Shown piece by piece: positions 1 through 11,659 of a stretch of DNA of 64,000 bases (within the stretch, counting starts at the first letter, position 1; each line of letters begins with the position of its first letter). The stretch is from Octopus sinensis (Eukaryota). The notes below the pieces were generated by a model that did no database searches, had not been told where the DNA came from, and saw only the letters and a program-made list of their open reading frames with translations. The translations under genes and the position numbers were made by a program. Where the stretch lies: the NCBI RefSeq assembly GCF_006345805.1, contig NC_043002.1, forward strand, positions 111,414,001 to 111,478,000, given 5' to 3'.

Positions 1-856
1 ACCCATGCTAGCATGGAAAGCGGACGCTAAACGATCATGATGATGAGGATGATGATTAATGGATCTAAACAGACTGTTTCAATTGATAGGGTAAAGCAAG
101 CTTTTTCTGAAGTTCTAACTCCAGAACCAAATATCTCTATCCACTTTCCATCTCTGACATCTACAGACACTGCACTCATGCAAACACAAGTGTGCATTTC
201 CCGCTCCACTGCCACATGTCACAACTACTCGTGCTGGGCATCGTGTACTCTGGCCTAAGTAATTGTGTAACACTGTACATGTTCTGCCCTGACTTTTTCC
301 AAGCACTTTCTTTGCATGCTTTTGGCATTTTTCTTATGTTGCACATGCCATTTCTTCAAACTTTTGGAACTATTGTGTTAATTTTAGCATATTTTATTTT
401 TTCTTTGCACTGTTTTTTTTTCTCTTCTTTTTCTTCCTTACCTTGCATGCCTTTTCCTGATCTTTTCACTTCCTCTGATTTGTTCCCTAGGTTGGCCTTT
501 TGCTACAACATACCTCTCTTTCGGCTTACAGTTGCAGGGGGAGTAGTGTAGCAAGGGCCATAAAGGCTAAAGGAAACAGGGCAGAGTTATGTTCCCTCAT
601 TCTGTCGTCGGTAGGTGGTGCTTCAATGGCACTTCTGCTAGGGAGGTATAAAAACCCTAGTTGGACATCCAGTCTCTCTTTTTTCTGTTTCCCCTTCTGG
701 GCAGGCAGCTTGTCAACTGCCTACACAGCTAGGACTGCTAGCTTTCTTATACTCCTGGCCATGACAACTACCATGCTATGTAGCTAGAGCAGTGCTCATT
801 ATCTATTCTTTCAGCATGAACCTTTAATCCCCAGCGACTACTGGCTTAATTACTAG

Positions 857-1279
857 TGTAACGAAGGATCTGTTATCGATTCACTGAAAGGGTGTCGATA
901 TCCGATCAAGTCACATACAATTTTATAAGACAATACAGACGAAGTCAGGTTGTAGGTAAAAAGACAGCAGTTCGTTTATTTATTGCGATGTCGTACGTGT
1001 GTCTGATGGGAGAAGGACAACCTCTGATGTGCAGCTTCTTGTTAGTTTGTTGAAGTTTGTTGGTGGTCGTTGGCGGCTATGTTGTAGCACGAGTGGTTGT
1101 CAGAGCCTGTTGAATGTACGTCCGATCGCGATGAGCTGTGGAGCCGGAGAGAAAGATTTGAGTTTGGCGGGTAAGGGAACGTTTCCCGCACATGCGCATG
1201 GGGAAGACTTCCGGTGGCCACCCGGAAGTAGTCCCATTCTGCGCATGCGCGCTGAACCCTGCACAGTAGCATCACTACA
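857..1279. mobile_element. Solo LTR (Gypsy-like)
   Basis: TG...CA termini (TGTAAC...ACTACA), 4-bp TSD CTAG at 853-856 and 1280-1283, CpG-rich interior, AATAAA on the minus strand near 975-985. Confidence 0.75.
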
Positions 1280-2324
1280 CTAGCCACACCAACTAACTAA
1301 ATTCACTAATGATTGAACAAACAGTTTGGACACCTTCTATATTATTTCACACGCACCTTTATAAAAGATGATGATATAAAATTTGTTACACATAACTTTG
1401 TCTGCACATTGTTTGTCCCATACACATACATGCAGCACAACACTAAACAAACGAACCAGGCTAATGCTTGATTCTACCCTAAAGACTGTTCTCTACACAC
1501 AAGGAAGCTATAACATACAAAACAGAAACAATAGTTAAACATACAATAAAACGGAACTTTACACTCCTCCAATCCATACAAAATAGAAATAGGAAGAACA
1601 CTCAGGAACATGGAGCTGTATCAGGTCATGCAGTAGAAACCTGCTTGATGCTTTCAAAGAAAACCCTTTCATACTAATAAAAATAAAAATAGTAATTATG
1701 ATAATTAATTTATTTGTCAGTAGTAATTATAATAACATATTTGTCACTATAGAAGAGGCTGATAATTACAGAAATATAAACTTACATAGAAAAAAATCGA
1801 CTGAGAGAAAAAAATATGAAATACAAGTTTACATGGTATACAAATAAAAGCTGATGCAGTCCTCCTGGAACAGGACCCACCCCACCCCACCCCACCCCAT
1901 TTTAGGCCAATGACGGAGCCACAAAGAACCAAAATTACCTTGAACACCAAAGGCAAATGCTCTCTCTCTCTCTCTAACTGTCATTCTCCAGCTTACAGGT
2001 TTATATTTTGAGCAGTTCCATCCACTCTTACCATTTTTACCACTCTCATCCATTTTTCAGAGAAACTTGAAGAAGTAGATGAGACCCCTACCAAATGGGA
2101 AAGTCTCTATACTCATACTTTTCAAACTTGTCCACTACACAATATATTTTGCTATAGCCACTAAACAGAAGAAAACTGTCTTCTCTGCCCACTTAAGGGA
2201 ATGTGGCACAGTAATAACCACAATGGACTTGGTTGATAGCCAAATCTCTCCTGCGAGTAACAGCAGCTGTTTCATGTATCCCCACAAATCAGCATTGAAC
2301 AAGTGAATGCAAAACAGTTTTACT

Positions 2325-2645
2325 TTCTTTTTACTCTTTTTACTTGTTTCAGTCATTTGACTGCGGCCATGCTGGAGCACCGCCTTTAGTCGAGCAAATC
2401 GACCCCGGGACTTATTCTTTGTAAGCCCAGTACTTATTCTATCGGTCTCTTTTGCCGAACCGCTAAGTGACGGGGACGTAAACACACCACCATCGTTGTC
2501 AAGCAATGCTAGGGAGACAAACACAGACACACAAACAGATCTCCCTTTTAGTAGAAAGAATAGCTATAACTCTTTGACTGCTATTTCTAAATTCGGTGTG
2601 TGGTGAGGCAATTCGTTGCTAAACCCTTAATTGCTTAGTATTACT

Positions 2646-2696
<51 letters not shown>

Positions 2697-2868
2697 CATA
2701 TATACGACAGGTTTCTTTCAGTTTCCGTCTACCAAATCCACTCACAAGGCATTGGTCGGCCCGGGGCTATAGCAGAAGACACTTGCCCAAGATGCCACGC
2801 AGTGGGACTGAACCCGGAACTATGTGGTTGGTAAACAAGCTACTTACCACACAGCCACTCCTACGCCT
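2325..2868 (-). mobile_element. tRNA-derived SINE family A (representative copy)
   Basis: Head GGCGCAGGAGTGGCTGTGTGGTAAG...GGTTCAGTCCC (A/B boxes), central GGATTTGGTAGACGGAAACTG domain, TA microsatellite, (AGTAAA)-type tail. Other copies at ~9137, 9319, 18720-19130, 29696-30065, 34445-34842, 37459-37850, 39203-39562, 45924-46323, 50458-50841 and 56748-57133. Confidence 0.85.
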
Positions 2869-2889
2869 ATTGTTTTGTCACTCTCTACA

Positions 2890-4720
2890 CATTTTGTGGG
2901 ACAGATCAATCTAATGGTACTTCTGTGCCAGTACAGTTTATCTTGAACTGATTCAACTCCTTGGTAAGCACTGTCTGGTTAAAGATTTCTGGAGATTACC
3001 TAAGATGGTCTCTGATCTGAAGCTTCTCTGGAACAGCCTCACCAGTTAGCCTACACCAATATCAAGAGTTTCCCTGAGAACATTGTCACATTTCCCTGCC
3101 ACTAATCCACTGTAAATTGCTTGAGTGTTAACATTCACCAAATCCATTGCCTGAGTGGTGGAGGGTGGTGGGCATTTAACGACATTTTAGATTCCAGGTA
3201 GCCAGTCTCAGTTTTTGCTTCACTGAGGACTGCAGCTCTATGAAGATGTATCTCATGAAGGGTGACTAGATGTTCAGCAGCCTGCTTTAGGGAGATGGGC
3301 TGGCAGCAGATAGACTGTCTGATCAGTAGAACCTTTTCTTTCCACAAGAAGCTGAGTAACAGTCACCCCAGTCTAATTTAGTAGTAACTGAGGCAAAGCA
3401 CAATGGTCAGGTGATAAACAATAATGAGGACAAGGCTGACATTCTCCACCTGTGATTGACTTTTCATGATCAATTTCCTCTGGCCTATTACTAAGTGAGA
3501 CTGGCTACCCTGCTTGTTACCTTGTCTTAGTCCAATTCCATCTGGAGATTGGAACTGAACTAGACCCCAAGCAGTTTAACCAGTCTGTTAGTTCAGCATC
3601 CCATGATGCTGCTTGATAGCATGGGCTTGCTTCTTTAATTGCTGAGTTGCAAGCCCACCAACTTGGCTGGGTTGATCGTAACCTTTGCTACTGCCATATT
3701 CATTTAGAATGGTGCCAACCGCTTGCATTTCAATAGCATCTGACACAATGATAATGATGTCTTCTGCAATGTTACCATAACCCTCCTGGATCTTTGTTGA
3801 AAGCGCGGGCATGGCTGTGTGGTTAGGGAGCTTGCTTCCTAGCTGTATGGTTTCGGGTTCAGTCCCACTGCGTGGCACTTTGGGTAGGTGTCTTCTACTA
3901 TAGCCCCAAGCCGACCGGAGCTTTGTGATTGAATTTGGTAGGCGGGAGTTACTGCCGTGTGTGTATATGTGCGTATAGCTGCTCAGTGCCTCTCCGAAAG
4001 AGAGAGAGGGGAGAGGGGATGTCCTTCAAATGTTTCATCTTCTGTAGTAGTGGTCCAAATGCCAGTATGTACAGAAAAAGTGAGAAGGGAAAGCCCTGTT
4101 GGACTGAGTGTGTGATGTGAATAATTCCAGGGGGTGACCATTTACTTTGACAATTAAACTGTGGGTATCTTTCACTATCCTTATTCACTGGCCAAACAAC
4201 ACTCTACACACAATCTGGATAACTGACTGATGTTGCTCCATGCCCACACTGGCACACCTGAGAAATCTAATCAGTATCTGTCAGCCAGCTGGAAACTTCT
4301 GGGCAGATTTTTGAGGCTTTTGCACCCCATCCTATTATATGCTTGACCCATAAGTCCTGTTGTACATTTAAAATGCAGTTCCAGTCCTTCATTAATAGTT
4401 GAGATCAGAACATCTTCATAAAAGCTCCTTGATATATGGGGAAATTGGGCTGCCCTTTTCCTGTGTGAGTATAGATGGCCCCTATTCTGAAGATATCACC
4501 CTTGCTGCAGTTCATGTCCATGGCCACCGTCTTACAATCCAGATTCAGAAAGACAACCTGCTATCCCACCACCTGATCTTAACAGATTAAGCGATGAAAG
4601 TATCTCATTGTCATCAAAGACGGGCATGAGTGCTTGCGCTCCAGAGTTACCACATCTATGTTTAGCAACCTGACATCATTGAGCCAGTGACTTTGTTTTA
4701 AAGCTGACCCCAGATTACGT
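2890..4720 (-). mobile_element. Decayed L1/Tx1-like LINE (endonuclease and RT remnants), interrupted by a SINE at ~3805-3975
   Basis: Minus-strand remnants KDWNCIL (EN GDxN-like), SVQQGFPFSLFLYILAFGPLL (RT QGxPLSP-like) and AEDIIIIVSD (YADD-like region); many stops. Confidence 0.5.
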
Positions 4721-4869
4721 ACATTTAGACTCCCTGCTCAGAACAGCTATATTTTTTGGAGGAAGAAAATAGAAAGTTTATTCACCACAGCCATAATAAT
4801 TCTTTCTACTATGCACAAGGCCTGAAATTTTGGGGGAGGGGGCTGGTTGAGTCAGCAGTGATTTGCGTT

Positions 4870-5503
4870 GGACAAAGCATATCTCTAAGATTGTCAGGAA
4901 GGCCGAGGGTGTCTTGGCATCACTCAGCAGGTCTTTTGTTAGCCGCTCTCCAGCCATCTGTTTAAAACTGTATACAGCTATGGTACGACCACACTTGGAA
5001 TTTGCATCATCAGTTTGGAACCCCTATCTTGCACAGAACATTGACCTCCTGGAATCTGTCCAGAGACGTGCAACCAAACGCATACCCTCCATCAGACACC
5101 TACCATATTCTGAGCGCCTTGTTTCCCTGGGCATGGATTCACTGAAGCTCCGGCGTCTGGCGATGGACTTGGTAAACACCCACAAAGTTATCAACCACCT
5201 CACCAACAACAACACTGAACACCTTTTTGATCTCCATGTGTCTAACACACGTGGACATGCCTACAAAGTCAGAAAACAATACAGCTCTCATGACTTTCGG
5301 AAACATTTTTTCACGCTCAGAGTTGCTGAAGCATGGAATAAACTGCCTGCGTCAGTTGTTGACTGCCATGACACTGCATCTTTTAAGGCCCTCATGCTTT
5401 CTGAAATCCGCCGAAACTACACCTGATTATATATACACTTTAGATGAGTTGTAGTGCACCTGAGCACTGTACACAATTATTATTATTATTATTATTATTA
5501 TTA
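4870..5503 (+). mobile_element. 5'-truncated CR1/L2-type LINE 3' end
   Basis: ORF 4863-5426 with LYTAMVRPHLEFASSVWNP, LESVQRRATK, TRGH and FFTLRVAEAWNKLP; short 3' UTR and (ATT)n tail. Confidence 0.9.
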
Positions 5504-6478
5504 CATTGACCTTAGTGCGTAACTAGGGTCAATGTAATCAACCAGCCCTCCCCCAAAAGGCAAAGTCGACCATGGCGGAATTTGAACTCACAACGTAACG
5601 GCAGACGAAATACCGCTGAGCCGGGCGAAATACTTAGTAGTATTTCGTCTGCCGTTACGTTGTGAGTTCAAATTCCGCCGAGGTCGACTTTGCCTTTCAT
5701 CCTTTCGGGGTCGATAAATTAAGTACCAGTTACGCTCTGGGGTCAATGTAATCGACTTAATACCTATGTCTGTCCTTGTTTCTCCCCTCTGTGTTTAGCC
5801 CCTTGTGGGTAGTAAAGAAATAGGTAATTATTTCATTGACCTTGAAAAGATGAAAGCAAAGTCGACCTCAGTGGAATTTTAGGTTAAAATGCAAGGATGG
5901 ACAAAACGCTGCAAAACATTTTGCCAGGTGTGCCAGCTTGCTGCCTCCACTATGGCCATAACAATACAAATAATTCTTCCTAATTTTGGCACAAGGCCAG
6001 CAATTTTGAGAGGGAGTGGCTAAGTCAAGGCGGCGAGCTGGTAGAAACGTTAGCACGCCGGGCGAAATTCGTCTGTCGTTACGTTCCGAGTTCAAATTCC
6101 GCCGAGGTCGACTTTGCCTTTCATCCTTTCGGGGTCGATAAATTAAGTACCAGTTACGCACTGGGGTCGATGTAGTCGACTTAATCCCTTTGTCTGTCCT
6201 TGTTTGTCCACTCTGTATTTAGCCCCTTGTGGGTAGTAAAGAAATATATATTAACCTTGAATGGTAACTTCTTTTATCAACTCCCGAAGGATGAGAACAG
6301 AGAGAACCTTAGAATTTGAACGCAGAGAAAACACTGCAAAGAATTTTGCCAATGCTCTGACAATTAAGCCAGTTCGCTGTCATAATAATAATAATAATAA
6401 TAATAATCATTTTTATGTGCCCCAAGGGCGCTGAATGAAAGGCCATTACAAGGACAAACTGGAAAAATGGTGTGGAAA

Positions 6479-6875
6479 TCTTTATATATAAAAGAGAGGT
6501 TGTGTGTCTGTCTCCTACGATTTAGATTCCTAACTACTCCCACATTTTACGGTGCAGTTTAACCAAAACTTATAGTCTTATAGTCGTGATTCATATCGAG
6601 CCCATCTGGGTATTAGCGCGCGTCTACGATGAGTCTACGATTTAAAAAAAAAATTACCATCATTTTTTTCCATTTTAATGCATTTTTTCGCAATTATATA
6701 AGGGAAGTAACTCTCTAAAAATGTCTACGATGAGTCAACGATTTAAAAAAAGTTTACCATCATTTTTTTTTCCATTTTAATGCATTTTATTGCTATTTTT
6801 TGGCTATAACTCTCTAAAAATGCTTATATAGTTATTTCCCTTACAAACCCGAGCAACGCCGGGCGATACTGCTAG
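6479..6875 (+). mobile_element. Non-autonomous Helitron (with ~100-bp internal duplication)
   Basis: A|TC 5' end, subterminal hairpin CCCGAGCAACGCCGGG, CTAG|T 3' end, no TSD. Confidence 0.8.
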
Positions 6876-7946
6876 TTTATATAAAACGACTATGAAGAAA
6901 CAAGCTTGATAAAGTAAATGATAATAGTTCCTAACATAGGCATATAGTCACAAACGTTTGCGGGAAAAGAATAGTAAATTTCATTGCTTTCAGTACTTGG
7001 CTGGTATTTGGTTTGTGAACCGCCTAAAGATGAAAGGCAAAGTCAACCTCGGCAGGATTTTAACGTCAAGGGAGGTAATATATCGCAAGAATAGCATTCA
7101 ATCCGGAAATTCTATAATGGCATACAGTTTATTATTTACACCGTTAGTACAAGTGACTTTAACTTGTCTTTGAGGGCAGATGTAATCTTGCAGGTAAACT
7201 TTCTATTTATTTATTTACCATTTTATTTACCAATTTAAGGCGGCGAGCTGGTAGAATCGTTAGCACGCCGGGCGAAAATTCGTAGCCGTATTTCGTCTGT
7301 CGTTACGTTCCGAGTTCAAATTCCGCCGAGGTCAACTTTGCCTTTCATCCTTTCGGGGTCGATTAAATAAGTACCAGTTACGCACTGGGGTCGATGTAAT
7401 CGACTTAATACCTATGTCTGTCCTTGTTTGTCCCCTCTATGTTTAGCCCCTTGTGGGTAGTAAAGAAATATATTTATTTACCATTTTAAATGATGGCACA
7501 TTCTGTATGTTTTTAATTCAATAATAGAACATATATGGTTAATGTTAACCAAACATATAGTTCATTGATTCATCTATAAATATTTCTAAAACTTTTATGT
7601 GTCATTATACAAATTTATTCTGCTTTTTGGGGCACACCCTCTTTTTAAATGAATTAAGGGAACTTCTATCTGGTCGTTTAACCTGCTAGAAACAACAATC
7701 AAATCTTCCTCAAGCAAACACCCTATCTTAAAGTAGGAAACGTAAGATAGTGTAGTTTCAAATTCGCATTTCTTGAAAAACGAAACAAAAACAAGGTCAT
7801 GGCTGGAACGTCTTTTGCCATGAGTCTTATGAAACTGATTTGGGGCTAAACAACAAGAAGAAGGGTGTTTTGGAGTGTAAGTTGAGTGCATCTTGATGGT
7901 ATTAAGCCCGTCTGCCTTATTTAACAACTTGACTTAGTACATTTGG

Positions 7947-8349
7947 GGCAATCTTTCGTCTCTAGTAGACCTTTCCGTCGATTTCCGTAAAAAAAATTTT
8001 TTTTCTACATATGGGCTTGCGGGAACTTTTGAAGTAATGAGAGCGAAAGAGACTAAGAGAAAGCGATTGTATGACGAGGGAAGTTCTTTTGAAGTTACCG
8101 TGCATGTGAAGCATTGATGTACATGTGTGTGTGTGTGTGTTTGATGGGGTGTGGGAGACAGACAGTATGTTGTGTAAGTGAAGAGACAGAGAGAGTAATG
8201 TGTGAAAGAAAGAGATAACTGAAATGTTTTACTCGGTGTATGTGTATATATATGTATGTATATTACTTCAAAAGTTCCCGCAAGCCCATATGTAAAAAAA
8301 AAAAATTACGGAAATCGACGGAAAGGTCTACTAGAGACGAAAGATCGCC
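7947..8349. mobile_element. MITE with ~90-bp TIRs and 8-bp TSD (Merlin-like)
   Basis: TIRs start GGCAATC / GGCGATC (7947-8038, 8262-8349); perfect 8-bp TSD ACATTTGG at 7939-46 and 8350-57. Confidence 0.8.
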
Positions 8350-10152
8350 ACATTTGGATACTAACCGAAAAATAAAAGTATAGTCATGACTTGTAAGATT
8401 TTAATCATAGATCTGTGCAACCAGTGCTAACCTAGGGCTATACAACAACGTATTGAGACAGGAATGATCCAAAGAATGTTAGCATCGTATACCTTAATAC
8501 AGCTTCACACAAAATAATAGCAAATCTAAATGAGACCCTTTGTAAATGTGGCACTGTCATGCTTTTAGCTGTCAGAAGTGAAAGTTGTCAACTTCGTGTA
8601 TTTACGTCGGGTTTATACCTTCGTTAATTTACGCCGTTAGTGCCAATGTGGCACTGTGCCGTAAATGTTAATAGCGGAGTGAAAAGTTTTGTGGCCTGAT
8701 TGGTTAAGAAGCTCGTTTTGCAACCACGTGTTTTCATGTTCAATCTCATTGCATGGCACCTCAGTGTTATGCAAATTGTGTTATGATTTCGGTGATTTTC
8801 CTTGACATAAAGGGCATGCGCATTTGATGATCAGAGAGAGAGAGAATTAGTTTCTAGAGATTACAGCTGATTCATAACAATCAAAGAAACTAATTTCCAA
8901 ATCTTGAAGAAGTTGAATAATATATAGAGAACAAAATTAATGGAAAGACGAGTACAAATTGGGAAGGCTACCAGATTTGGAAAGATACTTGAAACTGGAC
9001 AGATTGACTACCCAAATGCTGACAAGACTTTTAATCATAGGTTTAAAACTTAAACTTTATAGACTCACACTACCAAGGCAGGAAGGTAAGGTTATCGATA
9101 AACTCATCTTTTGATTAATTATGTGGAACTGAATGTAGGCGCAGGAGTGGCTGTGTGGTAAGTAGCTTGCTAACCAACCATGTGGTTCCGGGTTCAGTCC
9201 CACTGCGTGGCATCTTGGGCAAGTGTCTCGATAATTGAAAAAATGTATAAACAAACGACATAATGTATACCGAATGTAAAAACGAACAGAAGGTCTGTAA
9301 TTCTTCAACAGAATTACAGGCGCAGGAGTGGCTGTGTGGTAAGTAGCTTGTTTATCAACCACATGGTCCCAGGTTCAGTCCCACTGTGTGGCATCTTGGG
9401 CAAATGTCTTGTGCTATAGCCCCGGGCCGACCAATGCCTTGTGAGTGGATTTGGTAGACGGAAACTGAAAAGAAGCCTGTCGTATATATGTGTGTGTGTT
9501 TGTGTGTCTGTGATTGTCCCCCTAGCATGTGCTGTTTAGTACAACTTTAACTATGCCATTGGCTTTATCTCCCTACAGCTGAGGGCTGTACCAATCTTTT
9601 ACAACTTCATTAGAGCAAGCCAATTGAGAGAGCCTCCATCTTGGGAAGTGAAAAGCCATCTTGGCAATCTAATCCTAATTACCACTTAAAAGACAGGATA
9701 GTCATGTTAAGAATACCTTTGGTCATAGGTTTGCTCAATCAGGGTTCACCTGGGATAAACAACAACACTATCTTGATTATAATGAACCAGTGTAAATCCT
9801 CTCTAATAGATTCTCAACCTGCTAGGAAACAGCAAGATCCTATTTCCTTTAAAAAAGGCACATTAGAAAATGTAGTCTGATGCAGACCGCTTGAAAATAT
9901 GTTGATGTGGTCATAACTAGAATGTCTGTGATCATACGAAAGATTTAATCAAGACTGGCCAAGAACTAAGGAAAAGCCTGATTATAGTTAAGTGAGTGAA
10001 GCTAACGAAGGGTGTTATTTACAGTGCACCACGTTGGGATATGAACTGCAAACTGGTTCGCTAGCAGCCTGATGAATATTACCTGGGTCAGATGGTTTTA
10101 CAAAGATGTACTGATAATCTAGTTGTCCTGTGTATGATCAACCAAACAGTTA

Positions 10153-10665
10153 TCATCATCATTATCGTTTAACGTCCGCTTTCCATGCTAGCACGGGTTG
10201 GACGGTTTGACCGGGGATCTGGGAAGCCAGAAGGCTGCACCAGGCTCCAGTCTTATCTGGCAATGTTTCTACGGCTGGATGCCCTTCCTAACGCCAACCA
10301 CTCCAAGAGTGTAGTGGGTGCTTTTTATGTGCCACCTGCACAGGTGCCAGGGGAGGCTGGCCTGGCATCGGCCACGATCGGTTGGTGCTTTTAACGTGCC
10401 ACCGGCACAGAAGCCAGTCGAGGCAGCGCTGGCATCGGCCACGTTCGGATGGTGCTTTTTATGTGCCACTGGCACAGAAGCCAGTCGAGGCAGCGCTGGC
10501 ATCGGCCACGTTCGGATGGTGCTTTTTATGTGCCACTGGCACAGAAGCCAGTCGAGGCAGCGCTGGCATTGGCTACGTTCGGATGGTGCTTTTTATGTGC
10601 CACTGGCACAGAAGCCAGTCGAGGCAGCGCTGGCATTGGCTACGTTCGGATGGTGCTTTTTGTGC
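10153..10665 (-). repeat. RTE 3'-UTR fragment with a 67-bp minisatellite (~4.5 units)
   Basis: (CAT)n-CGTTTAACGTCCG tail on +; units start at 10434, 10501, 10568 and 10635. Confidence 0.85.
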
Positions 10666-10779
10666 ATTTCTTTTCTTTTTATTCTTTGATATCTAACTAA
10701 ACCTAGAAATTTACTGTTTTTAAACCAGTTTTTGTAATACTCTTTTGATTTTGTTTTATTTTCTGTTTTCAGTTTGAAA

Positions 10780-10871
10780 ATGGTTGTTTCAGTGCTGCTT
10801 CGCCGGTCCTTACATTTTGAAAGACCATTGTTGAATCTTGCCAAATCTGCTCAGTGTTTCCTCTTTCAAAA
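10780..10871 (+). CDS. MRPL2: MRPL2 coding exon 1 (mitochondrial presequence-like MVVSVLLRRSLHFERPLLNLAKSAQCFLFQK)
   Basis: Polypyrimidine tract + AG at 10771-72, ATG at 10780, donor AA|GTGAGT at 10872. Phase 2 matches the next exon; Arg/Ser/Leu-rich, nearly acid-free N-terminus. Not in the ORF track. Confidence 0.8.
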
Positions 10872-11426
10872 GTGAGTTGCACAAAACTTGATTTCATTTA
10901 AACTTGCAAATCTCATTCAATTTATACAAAATTGACTTAGGCTTTAAATGTCAGTTTTTTTCCCGCTTGATTTCATTTAGTTAACCATATATACTGTACT
11001 GATAATCTAGTTGTCCTCTTTTACTCTCTCTTTTTTTTACTCTTTTACTTGTTTCATCATCATCATCGTTTTATGTGTCTGCTCTTTCATTGTGCACAAA
11101 GATTTGATGAGACTGCTTGAGGCATTATTCTACATCAATCACTGTCAGTCATTGTTTGTTTTCATGTAAAGTTCTTTATTTCAATGGCTTCCATACATTA
11201 AACCCCTGAAGAAGATTATTTCTTTATAAGAAATTCTGCCAGCTTGTCACCTTAGTTTAACCAATAATATTAATGAGAAAAGCAACCACACTAATTATCT
11301 TTTACATTGCTGTATAGGGAAATATATGCGATTTAGCCGTCCAACATATTGAACCAAGGTCGTTAAACTGAAATTTTGGTTTTAACTTTTTTTTTTTTTT
11401 TTTTTTTTTCATTTTTGTCTTTGTAG

Positions 11427-11551
11427 AAATGACTTCCATAGCAACCAGACGGCTTTTGGTGTCCAGAAATTCATTAATGCTGGCATTGACGTCACCAAAT
11501 ATACCATGAAACCACTTCCACTCCAAAAGTCTGGTGGTAGAGGACATGATG
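11427..11551 (+). CDS. MRPL2: MRPL2 coding exon 2 (NDFHSNQTAFGVQKFINAGIDVTKYTMKPLPLQKSGGRGHDG)
   Basis: Long T tract + TAG acceptor at 11425-26, donor G|GTAACT at 11552. KYTxxP...KSGGR motif typical of the uL2m N-terminus; phases 2/1 join both neighbours. Confidence 0.92.
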
Positions 11552-11659
11552 GTAACTATTTCTGGTCATCATTTCTCTCGTTTGTTTTGTTTTTTTCTTG
11601 CTGACCATGGGTTGCACAGATCTGTAGTTTACTTTGTCTCCATACATCATGATCATATT

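Noticed and set aside
192-787. Hydrophobic ORFs 192-551 and 500-787 as membrane proteins
   Set aside because: They reflect low-complexity T-rich sequence with no recognisable domain or exon structure; possibly an old LINE ORF1 remnant on the minus strand, too decayed to call.
2631-2834. Recurrent short ORFs with YIYI runs and DRLLSVSVYQIHSQG (many in the track)
   Set aside because: They are translations of SINE A and (TA)n microsatellites, not genes.
10185-10700. Recurrent ORFs such as MLARVGRFDRGSGKPEG / MVLFMCHWHRSQS
   Set aside because: They are chance frames through the RTE 3' UTR and its minisatellite.
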